A stretch of DNA of 64,000 nucleotides from Hydrolagus affinis (GCA_012026655.1 JAAILG010000009.1:1-64000), one strand, 5' to 3'. Counted from the stretch's first letter, positions 28,228 through 40,867 are shown. Notes: a model not told the origin generated them from the letters alone. Translations and numbers: made by a program.

Positions 28228-29996
28228 CTATAAAATATAAATGTATAAAGAGTGTATACTGAGGCTCAGAAAGAAATTGAATAAAATAACCTTTTAAACC
28301 TCAAGTAACTTATCTTCACATTGTTACCAAGCCATCCCCCAATATACCTTAGATCTCACTTGTAAGATCAAGGATACTGATACCTATAAGTTTTATGTTC
28401 ATTTAACAGTTTTTTAATCTTTGTGACAAATCTAGTTTTCCCTTTCCACTTATTCCTTTATTGAATACATTTAAACATTACTTGTATCAGAGATCCCCAA
28501 ATTTGTTTTAAAGTTTCATGTGATTTGACAGACTGGACAGCAATCCGTTTTATAATATGGCGCAACTCTTTAATGTTGAAACAAACACAAAGGAACAACA
28601 ACAAAATTACACTGGTATATATAGCTCCTTTCATGTTGGGAGGATGTCGCAAGGCACTGGACAGACACTAAGGAACAGAGTCAGTTGGTGGTAATAACGT
28701 TTTATCAAAAGCTTTGGAATTAATACACACTGTATTAACATCAATTAGAACCAATCCAATTGGGGAATAGTAGCTTTAAAAATCCATGTTCAATAGAAGG
28801 ATTCCATTCAGTTAATGGGAGAATGAATTAAACAACTGCTACTATGAATACTGCTGTAATATACACCATTAGTTTGTGAATTTTCACGATGGAAAGTCTG
28901 AAAAGGGTACAGTAACACAGACCAAATGACTTCATAAAAACCATACATTTATTGAAGTAAGCTTCAACGAATTTACAAACACCACAATACACACAGTGGG
29001 GGGAAACTGCTCCCCTTACATTTAATTTAGATATAACACAGTCTCTCTTCCTAAAATTACAGTATGTTTTCAGGGCTGTCTGATGCTTTTCAAATGGAAG
29101 TCAGCAGAGGAAAAAGGTAAGCATGCACCTTCAATACATAAACAAGGATTAGAGTCAGACTCACGTGAAAGTGTGCTTGCTGTGCTCATTGCTGTGGAAA
29201 CATAGTGGTTGAAAAAGTGAGTGCAAGTTAAATCCTATCAGCCTGCGTTGGGGTTTTGGTGGACACCAACATTTGGCTGGTTGGACACTGTCCCCTTGAA
29301 GGAATACGCAGAGAATGGGTCTAGGACAATCTGGTCATATTTGTCTCTGTTCAATGATGGCAAGGTCCCACAGATATAGAAAATCGGTGTCAAACTATCC
29401 TCCTTTATAGATCCAAGCTCCTGGGGCAGCTTGGGGGATGTCACTGAGTATTCTGGAGGCGGCATCACAACGGCACATCTATTTGCCAAGGCACCTCACA
29501 GGAGGACCTGGAAAAAAACAGCTGGTGCTGAGTAAGCCTGGTACACAGTATTGAACTTGGACCTCGAACATCAAGGTGGCTAGCATATCATTAGCTTTCC
29601 TTAAAGATCCTTCCATCACACTGAAGACAAATGTCCATCAGATAGTTGATGAATAAACTCCAAGTACCTCATCGAGGATTTGGTGGCAACAGCTTCTGCA
29701 AGGATTTACCTGTAATCCAAGTTCATGAACAAGCGCTTGGAGTCCATCAACTGACATCACCGAGCCTCTCTACCCCTTACTTTACACCTGGTATCAGGAC
29801 AACTGGCTCAGCATTACTCCCATTGAGACCCTGACACAACAGGGATGTTCAATGTCTAGTCAGCCTACACTCCTGTTGTTAGTGTAGTTTGTTCATCCTC
29901 ACAGTGTACCCCGTTCTCTAACACCTTACCTGGCAGGGTATTATCAGGGTGTTTATTGTTAAAAACAAATTTTGTTGTTTATTGTTGTTGTTTGAT

Positions 29997-30390
29997 TCCC
30001 CCCCTCTTGCCCCCCACCCCATCTTCTTCTTTCCTCACTCCCTTTCTCTCCCCCCTTTCCCCTTCCCTCCCTCTTCCCCCTTACTCCCTGATTTTAACCC
30101 ACCACCACCTTTCCCCCCTCTCCCCCCTTAACCCCCTTTACCTCCCTGATTTTACCCCACCTTTGCCTCCCTCTCCCCCCTTATCCCCTTTCTCCCCTGG
30201 CCCCACTTCCACGACTGTTTGTGGGACATTGTTGTGCGCAATTTGGCTGCCGCATTTCTCCCACAAATAGTCAATCTTCCTACTTTCCTTCTGCCAACCA
30301 CAACTCCTCCCCACCCTGCTCTGGTCCCTACCTCTTCTCCCCACTTTCTTCCCTCTTGTCTTCTCCTCCCCCCTGCTCTGGTCCCAACCT
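29997..30390. repeat. Polypyrimidine low-complexity tract
   Basis: Long C/T-rich runs, interrupted by a SINE fragment. Confidence 0.75.
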
Positions 30391-30659
30391 TGGGACGTTG
30401 TTGAATTCTGTGAAGCGCTTTGAGACGTCGATAAGACATGGAATGCGCTATATAAATGTAAGGATTTTATATATTATCTTGATTTGCTTGCTGAGGGACG
30501 AGCTGCTGCTGCTTAAGCTCTGCACCTCCAACTGGTTGAACCATCACTCAATGTGAGCTGTAGGATGGAAGATGGTGGCAATGCTCTTCCGAGTTTCCCG
30601 CTGAGCTATTTTGCCCACCAGGAAACTGGCTGAGTACCTGACATCCATCCAGTAGGGCT

Positions 30660-31078
30660 CAAACAACAACAACAACAAAATTGCACTTATATCGTGCCTT
30701 TCACATCGGGAGGACGTGCCAAAGCGCTGAACAGTCTGGTCGGGACCCGAGCGGGGGGGGCGGAGGGGAGGGTCGAAGTAGGGGGAAGGAGAGTGGGAGA
30801 GGGGGAAGAGTTAGTGGGGCAGCCGAAGGCGCGGTGGAAGAGGAAGGTCTTGAGACCGGCCCTGAAAGAGGAAAGGGAGGAAGCGAGGCGGAGGGGCTGC
30901 GAGTCTGAGTTCCACGGTGTGGGAGCAGAGAGGCTGAAAGCCCCGCCGCCGATGGTTGGGTGGTGGACGCGGAGCAGGCCTGAGTCTGCTGATCGGAGGG
31001 TGCGGGCAGACTGATAGGGAGACAGCAGGTCAGAGAGATAAGTGGGGGCAAGACCGTGAATGGCCTTGAAAGTGAAGA
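30660..31078 (-). mobile_element. L2-type LINE 3' end running into an assembly gap
   Basis: (caa)n tail plus ttgcacttatatcgtgcctttcac...caaagcgctg, the same 3' end as other copies (about 780-850, 1440-1660, 13870-13930). Confidence 0.6.
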
Positions 31079-31178
31079 NNNNNNNNNNNNNNNNNNNNNN
31101 NNNNNNNNNNNNNNNNNNNNNNNNNNNNNNNNNNNNNNNNNNNNNNNNNNNNNNNNNNNNNNNNNNNNNNNNNNNNNN
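31079..31178. other. Assembly gap (100 N); others at 43745-43844 and 58995-59094
   Basis: Runs of exactly 100 N are placeholder gaps, so reading frames across them are not reliable. Confidence 0.98.
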
Positions 31179-31242
31179 GAAGGGGGCGGCAGGGTCAGGG
31201 TGTGGGGGTCAGAGTAGGGGGGAGGCGGGGGTCAGGACCTAC

Positions 31243-31469
31243 CTGTACAAGTCCAGGTCCAGCCGCTCCAGGTTCAGGACGCTGGTCACCAACACGCTGT
31301 GCAGGTCCGCATTCCGGCAGGATTTGCTGCTGCAGCCGCTGGCGGAGAGGAGGGCCTCATCGACCGGCTTCTCTGAGGAACTCTTCCTGGGGACGGAGCT
31401 CTGTGAGGAGGACGAGGCCCCTTTGCTCGGCTCCGGCAGCGGCTTCTTCCCTCCGCTGGAAGCCGCCAT
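31243..31469 (-). CDS. ACOT8: Acyl-CoA thioesterase 8, exon 1
   Basis: aaaATGGCGGCT start; DLHSVLVTSVLNLERLDLDLYR; donor AG|gtaggt. Confidence 0.92.
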
Positions 31470-31670
31470 TTTACCGGCAATGCCCCATCACGTGACGCGG
31501 CCTCTGTGGGCCCGCCTTTCACAGGGGCGGCTATTTCCGGCCTACCTTCCCCTCCCCCCCTGCTGCAATGTGGGTGAGCTGAATGGATCAGCTGCGTTTG
31601 AGTGACGGCCAGGCGGACCAACCACAAGGCGACATGCGCCCGAGTGACAGGCAGACTATCCAATCAGATA
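31462..31670 (-). promoter_or_regulatory. ACOT8 GC-rich promoter with YY1-type motif, E-box/CLEAR-like site and CCAAT box
   Basis: GCCGCCATTTT (31462-31472) overlaps the ATG; TCACGTGAC at 31488-31496; GGGGCGG at about 31524; CCAATCAG at about 31660; CpG-rich. Confidence 0.55.
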
Positions 31671-32954
31671 GCGCAGTCTCTGAGTGAGTGACAGCCTGGA
31701 ATTTCACAGCGTGGAGTTTTGAGCTCTTTGGACTAGATCAGGAGCTATACATATGCCACAAACATGATTATAAACACAGGAGGTTCTTTTTTAAAAATAT
31801 ATATAACAATCATACACATACATATATATATATTTATAAAAACTCCTTTAAGGGTCATATTTGGGTGCAGATGTGATGCCACTGGAGATGAAATGCCCAA
31901 GAGTACACATTGTATGACATTGCACATCAGTTCTGATGTGGTCCATTATTTTGTGGATCATATCCATTGTCCAAGTCAACACTGGTTGTTTTCCTCATAT
32001 ATATATATGTATGTACGCATTGAGAGTTACTGCAGGAACAGGCCATTCCGCTCGAGTGTATCACCATCTATACTGTATTTCCATTAATTAATTACTTGTT
32101 TCCCCCATAGTATTTATCTACCTTTATGTGGCTTTCCACCTTCCATCGCTCACTCCAACTAGTTCCAAATATCCTCTACCTTTGGCCATTGCTGTCCTCT
32201 TTGCCAGAGTCATACTTGCTGAGTCAATTTTCCTTTGCCCACTTACACTGGATGAAACCAGGTTGGGTGGCTGGTCTATGCCGAGTTGGCTAAAATTCAT
32301 ACCTTGGAATCAGTGGAACATAGCAATTAGCTAAATGACCTCCAGCCACTTTAAACATAACAACTTGCATTTATTTATTTAGCACCCTTCACATGGGGGT
32401 AGCATCCCGGAGTGATCGCAATATACAGTACAAAGAACTACAACACATTTATAACTTGAAAAATAATGCAAGAAAACCAACAAAGGATTATTCTGTCAAA
32501 TAATCTGATAACAATTTAATGTAATCAGCACAAATCGAAACTGCTCCAAGACAATGATAATAAGCATCAGTGTTTTGTGGATGAAAGCGTTAAACCAAAA
32601 GCCATGAAATTAATGACCAATTTTATTGGTCTGGGAAAAATTCCTTATTCTTTCAGAATAACAACGAAAACACACCGTCGTTTCTTTGATCACATTATTT
32701 CTTGTACCAATAGCAAATCAAGCTTTTCAATTATATGTAGTAAATGCCTTGTAAATAAATATAATTCAAAATCAAATGCATTACATATTATAAGGGGTTG
32801 GATTTCATATGCTCATATTACTAAGTGTTACAAAAATAATCTCCATGCAGTGTGTTATGCACAATGTACTTCAAATAGGTTACATATTAAAGCCTGTGAA
32901 ATCACCTGTACTGTAGTTTCATATTTTCTACACATTACTTTGCCTGGCAGGAAT

Positions 32955-33070
32955 TCACTCATATTTGCAGTAATCCTTTAACAATTCCGGTAGTTTTAGC
33001 CAGTCGATGGCTAGTCTGTGTATGATGTGTTTCTGAATAACCTGACGACACAAAGTCTGCAGAGATGGAA
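32955..33070 (-). CDS. NEURL2: Neuralized-like protein 2, exon 2, SOCS box
   Basis: ctgcag| acceptor; manual translation FPSLQTLCRQVIQKHIIHRLAIDWLKLPELLKDYCKYE* is the NEURL2 SOCS box. Confidence 0.95.
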
Positions 33071-34606
33071 CTGCAGCCAGAAAAAAAGAGCAAAAGTGAA
33101 ATTGTTACTTAAGCATTCATATGTGAGAGATTGCACGTATACCATTAAGTTTGCAGGAAAGACAGCAAATCTGAAAAATTACTCGACAGCAATCGTATGT
33201 CTGCTCAGGAACAACAATAATTTTACATTCATTTAGCATCTATCACATGAAAAGGATGTCTCAAATCGTTTCACACAGTTGCCTGGTAACGTGAGGTCGG
33301 TGTGGGGTAGATGAGAAAGGAAGAGGGACGGAAAATTTACTAAGAGTGTGGTAAAAAAATAAATATGAGCTTTAAAGGAAGAAAAGGATACAGTAGCATG
33401 TTCAGTTGCATTACTTTAACAATGTCTGCTTTTTATGGGAAGCCACTCAACTGAATTTTTACCATACAGCTGTGTAATTCCCTCTTAATAATAATAATAG
33501 TAATCCTTGCATTTGATATAGCACCTTATCACATATTTGGGACATCTCAAAGCACTTCAAGGAATACACTTCAAAGAGAATTGACTACATTATATGGGCG
33601 AAACACAGAAGCCAACTGTGCACAGCAGTGTCCCACAAACAGTTGTGGATTGAAGTGACCAATATATTATTATTATTATTTTCTGGACAGGCTTCAGCAA
33701 TGAACTAGCCTTCTAGTTGCGGAAGGCTACAGGTTGCTGTGACTGTCCAGTTACATCTTGAAAACTCTCTGGGTTACCCTATTGCGGAGAATGTGGAACT
33801 ATGGTTAAAGCCAGCAATTATTATTCCAATTATGGAATTAATTAAATATTCCAAATTAAATTCATTGTAAAGTTGTAACCTGTTGTAATTAATAATCCTT
33901 GCATCCTTTGTATAGCGACTGTCAACAAGAACAACAAATTGCAATCATATAGCACCCTACACATCAGGAGAACATCCTAGCTGGACAGTCAAGGTTTATA
34001 CACAAGCTGGGGGTTAGATTCAGAGGGTGGGACCCAAACAGTGTAACAGGATAAGTTAACTGAAGGCTCACTCAAAAAGGAAAGTTTTGAGATGGACCTG
34101 GAAGGAGGTTGGAGGTAGGTGGTGCTCGAGGATGAAGTTCCAGAGGGTGGAGGCAGAAAGGCTGAAGGCCCGACTGTTCATAGCGTGGAGCAGGCAAGGC
34201 AGGGATGCAATGCCTACTAAGTAGTGGGAAGACGTGAGTTTATAGGTTTTAAAGCTAAAGGAGATTTATGCTGTCAGTGCTAGAGGTGAAAAGGTGGGAG
34301 CCAAGCAATGTCTCACAAACAGCCATGAAATTAATCAGCAAATGTATTTGGAGGATTTTTGGCCATAACACCAGGAGAGACAAACTTCCCTCTATTTCAG
34401 TAGGGCCATGAAATCTTTCACACACGTGAATGGGAACTTGCCGACAGGAAATATAAATTTGTTCACAGAATTTGCCTCCACCATATCCCTTTGTAACTTA
34501 TTCCTAATTTTTGTTAGTAAATAAATCAAGCTGAAAGGTTGAGTAAAATAATTGATTTGTCCTGTTTTTGGTCAGCAGGGTTTCTGATATGTGCGGAAAT
34601 ACTTAC

Positions 34607-35294
34607 AGCCATATTCCACTTGTATAATCCTCACACTCTTAGTAGAAGCAAACACATCCACGACTGCATAAAGTGGCTGGTTAATGGGGATTCCTCTTGC
34701 ACAGGGACCCATGTCCTCTCCATTGATGACAATGTGCATGTCCCCCACTCCAGCACTTTTGATGATGTATAGAACCCCAACCCTGCTTCTCCTGGCTGTC
34801 GCTGGAAGTATATTACTCTTATATAGTTCATCTAAGATATGACTGTACCTCCCCGGTCTACTTCTACCCACTAGCTTATCCTTTGGGATCTTACATTCTC
34901 CAATTTTCAAATAGGCTTCCATGGGAGAAAATGATGGTCTTGGGGGAAGATTTGGGCCCTCCTCGTCAGTTGAGACTTTATTGTGATTCCTTGTTATGGC
35001 AAAAACCCAGCTGTTCCCCAAATTTACCAGGTCAGGGAGAGAGTATTCAGGAACAATCTCCAGTTTCCTTGGGTTGAGCGATGTTAATCCAATCCTAAGG
35101 TGCCCACACCATCCCAGTTCTTTTTCTTCAATTTCCACAAGAAAAATTGTAGAGGGTTCCAAAGGGTCTTGACTGAAACACACCCCATTGGCAAAGCTCT
35201 CGACCCTGCTGGCTTGGGTCCCCGACTCATCCAGCCTCACGTTGGTTCCATGAATGCAGTGGAAACGCAAACAGGGATCAGCTACTGCAGCCAT
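34607..35294 (-). CDS. NEURL2: Neuralized-like protein 2 (Ozz-E3), exon 1, NHR domain
   Basis: MAAVADPCLRFHCIHGTNVRLD...ESFANGVCFS...ELGWCGHLRIGLT...LVGRSRPGRYSHILD...YAVVDVFASTKSVRIIQVEYG; donor T|gtaagt. The start could lie further upstream in the same open frame (to 35477). Confidence 0.95.
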
Positions 35295-36797
35295 TTCTTC
35301 AACGCGGAATGCCTCGGCTATTTTTAACCACTGTGTTTTGTGTGAGAGGTCAAGTCTGACAGCTGGTGTGGAAAGTCTGATAGGATTCAAATCATATCTA
35401 AAAAAGCCTGGTGCTTTAGTTCTGCGTGTCCTAGTGCCAGTCAGTGGAGCTGCCTCAACGTGATATAGAAAGAACATTGCTTTCCCAAGATATGCCTCAG
35501 TTGAATTTGGGTTATAACATAAGTGTTTATATTACTATTAAGGTAAACATTTAATTATTAACCAAATATAGTGATTATTATTTTATTGATAAAAACATAC
35601 TTTTGCCTCATTGATTTAGTTGTCTTTAATGAAGAAACAACAAAATTATACTTATGGAGCGCCTTTCACATCAGGAGGACGTCCCAAGAAAGCTAAGGCA
35701 CAGCGTTTGTCAGAGGTCATTGATAAAGTCAATTAGCGCCTTGAAAAGAGTAGTAAAAAACTCTCTACAAAAGTTGGGAATGAAGTTGGAAAGTACATAA
35801 TAAGGCAAAGACTGACTTTTTTTCATTAAATACCTGCAGTGTGAGAGGAATCAATCTCGGTAGTTATAAACCAATTTCCATTTGCTCATCAAACAAATAG
35901 TTAAATTGCTTTGTGTTTCTAGTTTGGAATGAACACAAAAGCTTTGTGTGGGGCTTTCAGTGGAGTATTGTCAGACTCAAATACATATTGAGTTGATATT
36001 TTATTTCCTTGTTTCCGACTGATTTTCTAGTCTGACACGTGTGGAAACCCATCACTATGGTTAAGTGTATCCAAACCAAATTGAGAATTCGACTCATCCC
36101 ACCTACACATAGAAATTCCAGAGAAAAGACTGCTGGAATGGAAAATGGGCACTCTCTCCCTGGAGACACACATTCCTGTTTACCTGTTTTCCCCCCAAAG
36201 TATTAGGCACAGGTTGGCAAGCGCCAAGGCCGGGGGACCTCACCTGGAAGTATTGCTTGGAGTTAGAGAGAGAGAGAAAAAAAAACTAGCACAGCCTCAT
36301 AGTCAGTCAGACAGTGAGTCAGTTACAAGGGAGGTGGAGGGATATTTAATATTCACAGGACATTTCTGTGGAGGAATCATCCTGGGATTCACCATCGGAG
36401 TCCAGGCTCAAATACGAACCATCGTTGTGTTTTCTGGAGGAACCCTGTTGCCCTTGACAGAGAGAGACTTTAGCCAAGTCAGGACACCGGCTAGAAAAAT
36501 CTGAAAGCGTTTTTGGCGTGTTTCCACCCCTCTCCCGTCTGGGTTGACGCTGTGCTACAGGTGTCTGATGTGTCCAGGATGCTGGAGCTGAGGCAGTGCT
36601 CAAAGGGCTTTTGCTGAAGCTGGAAATGAGATCTGTAAAGGAAACGCAAGGGACTGGTTTCACCATCGCCATGTCTGTTTGCGGGCATGTTTGTGGGCGT
36701 GAGACAGTGTGGTGGTGGAGGTTGAGAGCGGAGTGGTGGAGGAGAGAGGCAGAGGAATGGAGAAGGCCCGGAGAGGCAGGGCGGTGGAGGAGAGAAG

Positions 36798-37529
36798 CTA
36801 GATCCTTGTTGGGGAAGAACGATGGAGTGTTCGTGGAGGAGAGTGGCTGTGTGGTGGAGAAGTAGGGGGGCGGCGTGATGGAGGAGAGGGGCGTGGTGGT
36901 GCAGCAGTGTCTACTGGAGGGAGGGAGTTTGCTGGGGGGAGGGTGTTTGCTGGGGGGAGGGTGTTTGCTGGAGGGAGGGGGTCTGCTGGGGGGTGGGGGT
37001 TTGCTGGGGGGAGGGAGTTTGCTGGTGGGAGAGTGTTTGCTGGAGGTAGGGAGTCTGCTGGGGGGAGGGGGTCTGCTGGGGGGAGGGGGTCTGCTGGAAG
37101 GTAAGGTGGTTTGGGAGGATCTTTCGGAGCCGATTTGCTTTTGACTTTCAATATCCGATCCTTGGTGAATTTGAAGACCACTGAGCTGGCGCCCACCCCG
37201 GGGGGGAGGTCAAACTCGTTAGAAAAACCACGGATGCTAAAGCTGGTCGCCCCATTTAGACCTCTGTGCTCCACCAAGTGTTCTCCAAACACTTTTATTT
37301 TCCCGTCCTTGATCTTCAGAAACACCTCCTCTGGCTTCATGCACCCCAGCTGCAAACAGTAGGAAAACCTGCCCCGACAGGCGACCCGCGGGTCCTGCGG
37401 TGGACCTTGGGGAGGTGGGTTGGGAGTTGAGTCCTCCGGTGGCGGGGCGTCTTGAGGGGGGACTTTTGGCCGCTTTTGAGGAGAAGTCAGTGATTGTTTG
37501 GGCGTGGGAACCTGCGGTGGGTTTTGCAT
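36798..37529 (-). CDS. Cluster gene A: alpha-crystallin-domain (sHSP-like) protein with Pro-rich ends and PPADPL repeats
   Basis: FSYCLQLGCMKPEEVFLKIKDGKIKVFGEH...GFSNEFDLPPGVGASSVVFKFTKDRILKVKS fits the ACD strand pattern. ATG at 37529, shared upstream motif, AATAAA on the - strand at 36000-36005. Confidence 0.75.
   Translation of the reverse strand: MQNPPQVPTPKQSLTSPQKRPKVPPQDAPPPEDSTPNPPPQGPPQDPRVACRGRFSYCLQLGCMKPEEVFLKIKDGKIKVFGEHLVEHRGLNGATSFSIRGFSNEFDLPPGVGASSVVFKFTKDRILKVKSKSAPKDPPKPPYLPADPLPPADPLPPADSLPPANTLPPANSLPPANPHPPADPLPPANTLPPANTLPPANSLPPVDTAAPPRPSPPSRRPPTSPPHSHSPPRTLHRSSPTRI
36915..37098 (-). repeat. 18-bp coding tandem repeat encoding about 10 copies of PPA(D/N)(P/S/T)L
   Basis: Repeated gggggagggggtctgctg-type units; translation PADPLPPADPLPPADSLPPANTL... 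Confidence 0.9.
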
Positions 37530-37680
37530 TCCTTTCTGCCTATCTCTTGAAAAGCGAGGACAAAAACACAATCAGTCCTATGTAATAATTCGTATTTTTC
37601 TCGCCTTTTGCTGCCCCACTGAACCCCAAATCACAGGTTAATCTCTCCGGAAAGGGCAAGGTCAGACAGACAGGGCAAGT

Positions 37681-37755
37681 GTATTTCCTTACGCCACAGG
37701 TTTGTAAGCGTGAGATCACACTCGTCTCCTACACATCAGCGATGAAAAATGACTA
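37681..37755 (-). promoter_or_regulatory. Shared cluster upstream motif, copy A
   Basis: Coding strand: gtagtcatttttcatc...TGTGATCTCACGCTTACAAACCTGTGGCGTAAGGAAATAC, about 150 bp before the ATG. Confidence 0.7.
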
Positions 37756-39852
37756 CAGTTAAAATTGAAGCATTATTTTTTGAATAGAAAATAGTGGTGA
37801 TACATTTGACCCTAGGGAGCAATGGGTGAGTAGAAACCTGCGAAAAAAAAAAGAACAGCGTGTAAAAGAAAGTGTTTAGCCCACAATCGCTGTGATGTTC
37901 AGTGGGTCACTTTAATGGAGAGAATTGGAAGTTGAGTTTCACCATTTGCACGTTGTTTTTCTACTTTGGAATTAAGAAAAGGGATCGTCGACACTGTTGG
38001 GCGATTGGCAATTTACTGTTTTTTCAAGGAGTTGGGTGAGAGTTGCAGATAAGCACATAACCTTTGGTGGGAATTGGTTTTGATAGTGTTTCCAATTAAC
38101 AAAAATGACACCCGGAAAATACTCATTCTTCGGATGGTATTGGCAATTGTCAGGATATGGTCAGTCCTATTCGACTTCGATCCAGGCTAGGGTTACTTAT
38201 ACATTAGGTTGAAACGTTGGAAAATTAACTCATCTGAAAAAAAAACAAGGCATAAAAGTTGGGCTAAACTTTGTGCTGATTATTCGATTCTCCCAAGAAT
38301 TTCACCACGCCTATAGTTGAACTCGATTTTCTGAGCTGAACAGTAACATCATTATACATGTCCTATAGTGCGAACACTACTGATTAATTACTCACCCTCC
38401 TCTTCTCGCAAGAAATAATAAGTCCAATTGTAGCATTTCTCCGCAGTCTTAGAATTAAATCAGTGGTATTTAAATAATTGTCCTTTTTTTATTGCCACAG
38501 TTCACATGCCATACCATATGGTTACTGAATCGTTGAGAAACGCAATATAATTTTTTTTTTGTCCTTGATATGATTGAAACAGATGAATAAAACATAACGG
38601 TATTACTAGGGAGGGGAAGTGCTGAAGCGTCATTTTATGGAACCAACATTTGTGTAATGTGAGGGTTTGAGTCTTTTACCAGGACATTTAACATGGGGGA
38701 TTAACATGCTTTATCCCAACCATAAATTTGGAGATTTGGTCAAATGTTGCCATGTTCCCACCAATATTATTGCTAAACTCATTCAGTGACTGAGGCAAAT
38801 ATAACCGTCTCTCCTTGTTGAAGAAGTTCCTATTGCTACCATTCACGTGCATTCAATTTACCAACGTATTTGACAGTAAGAAACGCGCAACGTTCAAGTG
38901 AAGACATGTTAATGTTTAATAGTAAGGAAATAACCATTCAAAGTCTCAGAGAGCAGTGAAGATAGCCTTCTTTTTCATACAATTACTGTATTATTAACGC
39001 ATTTACCTTACATTTACTTTATTTTATTATCTGATTGCCTTGTATAATTAATGTATCTTTCGCGTGTGAAATAATGGTTTGTTTGTGTTTCACGGATATA
39101 GGAGTCGGGAAACTCAGTGTGGAAAAGAAAAGCAGATGAACGGTGATGAAAATACGATAGATTTCCGAATTATGGATGAGAGACAATTCTTGAGGTGAGT
39201 CCAATTTCAAACATACAATAGCAGTTCCTCTCCCATCGCAGTCCTGGCGACCATTTACTTTGTTAAACTGTATTATGCCACACGGAATGGAATATGTTAG
39301 ATCAGAAGACGGTAAAAGTATAACATTGCCTCAGTTAGTTAGTTAGTTAAGCGCAGTATAACTTATACTGATATACAGCCTTGCAATAATCCCTTCTCAA
39401 CTATAGGCTGTTATATAGACTTTATGATAAGATTTTGTGTGTTCCCACAGTGTTCCCATAACTAATAGCCTCACCCACTTTCCTCTCACAAGGACGTTAT
39501 ATGTAGGAGTGGGATTCATTGAATGACTGTAACAAACATTAATTCTGAATTTTATTTAACGAAAACATATTAGAGGTTCCTGATTCACGTTCTAAATTAA
39601 TGTAAAGGTAGATTTTCTGGAATATTTGGAATATTCCAGAATACAAACGGCTTTCTTTCTCTGTCTTTTCGGAAGGTGCGTTTTAACCTGTCCTGGCCAA
39701 AGTTTGCTCAGGAAAGACTTTGTCTGTCTTTCTGTCTCTCTCTGTCTCTCTCTCTCTCTGTCTGTCTCTCAGTCTCTCTCTGTGTTGGGAGCTCAGAGGC
39801 AGGATAGTCCAGGTTCCCCCTTCGAAGGAGCGGTCAAAACCAATCTGGAGTT

Positions 39853-40722
39853 TCAGAACAGTCGTGGGCAACAACAGAGCGGGAAATTTTCAAACGCGCC
39901 CTTGTTTTTTTTCTTCCTAACCCTTTTGGGGTCAGGTTTGCGTTTCCTGGGGGCAGGTTTCGGGCGGGTCCCACGGGTCTGAGCTGTTGGTTTCGAAGCC
40001 ATCTTCCCACCTGTGGGGTACTGCTCTCCAGTGGAGGTGTTGGTCGACTTGCTGGTACCAGTAGACTCCGGTGGACTGGACGCGATGGATAGTTTGCTTG
40101 TGTCGGTGGTGACAAGACGCATGGAGCGGACCGAAGACTTTTTGGAGTCGGTGGTTTCAGTCGGAGTGAAGCTGAGGGAACTCTTCGAGTCCGAGCTGCG
40201 GTCCGTGCTGGACTCGCGTCTCCGGCTCGGCTGTCTGGTGGATTTCATCGACCTCCCTACCGCCTGTAAATTGGTTCTTCTGGGCGCAGGGCGCCTCGGT
40301 TCCCAGGAACGATCGTCGGAGTCGTAGGTCTTGGGTTTGAAGGGTAATTTGAATCTGGGGTCTGACGGCGGAGATCTTCTGGAGGCAGCCCCTCTGGGGT
40401 GGCGACTTGCCTTGGACAGCTCCAGGTTCTGAACCTCGGCCGTCTTCGGCTCCGCTTTACAGGTGGAGTAATCGGCTTCAATCAGCAGCGTGTGCTTCTC
40501 GCACACGGTCAGACTCACGGTTCTCGGGTCCACCTCCTCGGGTAGGCTGAAGGTGTTGGAGAAGCCGTGGTAATTGCGCCTGAGCATGCCATCCTCCTCC
40601 ACCGTCATTTCAACCCGTTCGCCAGACACATTCACCGTACGGTCCTTGATGTTCCCTTTTATATTCTCTGGCAAAATATCCCCCAGGTTTATACGGACGG
40701 AAAACTTCGGGCGAGGCTTCAT
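39853..40722 (-). CDS. Cluster gene B: ACD protein with Ser/Thr/Arg/Lys-rich tail ending PLCCCPRLF
   Basis: FSVRINLGDILPENIKGNIKDRTVNVSGER...HGFSNTFSLPEEVDPRTVSLTV; shared upstream motif; AATAAA (-) at 39551-39556. Confidence 0.8.
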   Translation of the reverse strand: MKPRPKFSVRINLGDILPENIKGNIKDRTVNVSGERVEMTVEEDGMLRRNYHGFSNTFSLPEEVDPRTVSLTVCEKHTLLIEADYSTCKAEPKTAEVQNLELSKASRHPRGAASRRSPPSDPRFKLPFKPKTYDSDDRSWEPRRPAPRRTNLQAVGRSMKSTRQPSRRRESSTDRSSDSKSSLSFTPTETTDSKKSSVRSMRLVTTDTSKLSIASSPPESTGTSKSTNTSTGEQYPTGGKMASKPTAQTRGTRPKPAPRKRKPDPKRVRKKKNKGAFENFPLCCCPRLF

Positions 40723-40867
40723 TTCTACTGAACATTGGATGTATCTTTCCAGAAGTTTTCGCTTTCCACTCCTATTGCTAATATCCAGAGAGGGGTAGGA
40801 TCCATAGCTATCCCATGTTAGCCCGACTTGATGTAGTTCACTGAAGTTGTAATTTTCTGAAAAACGT

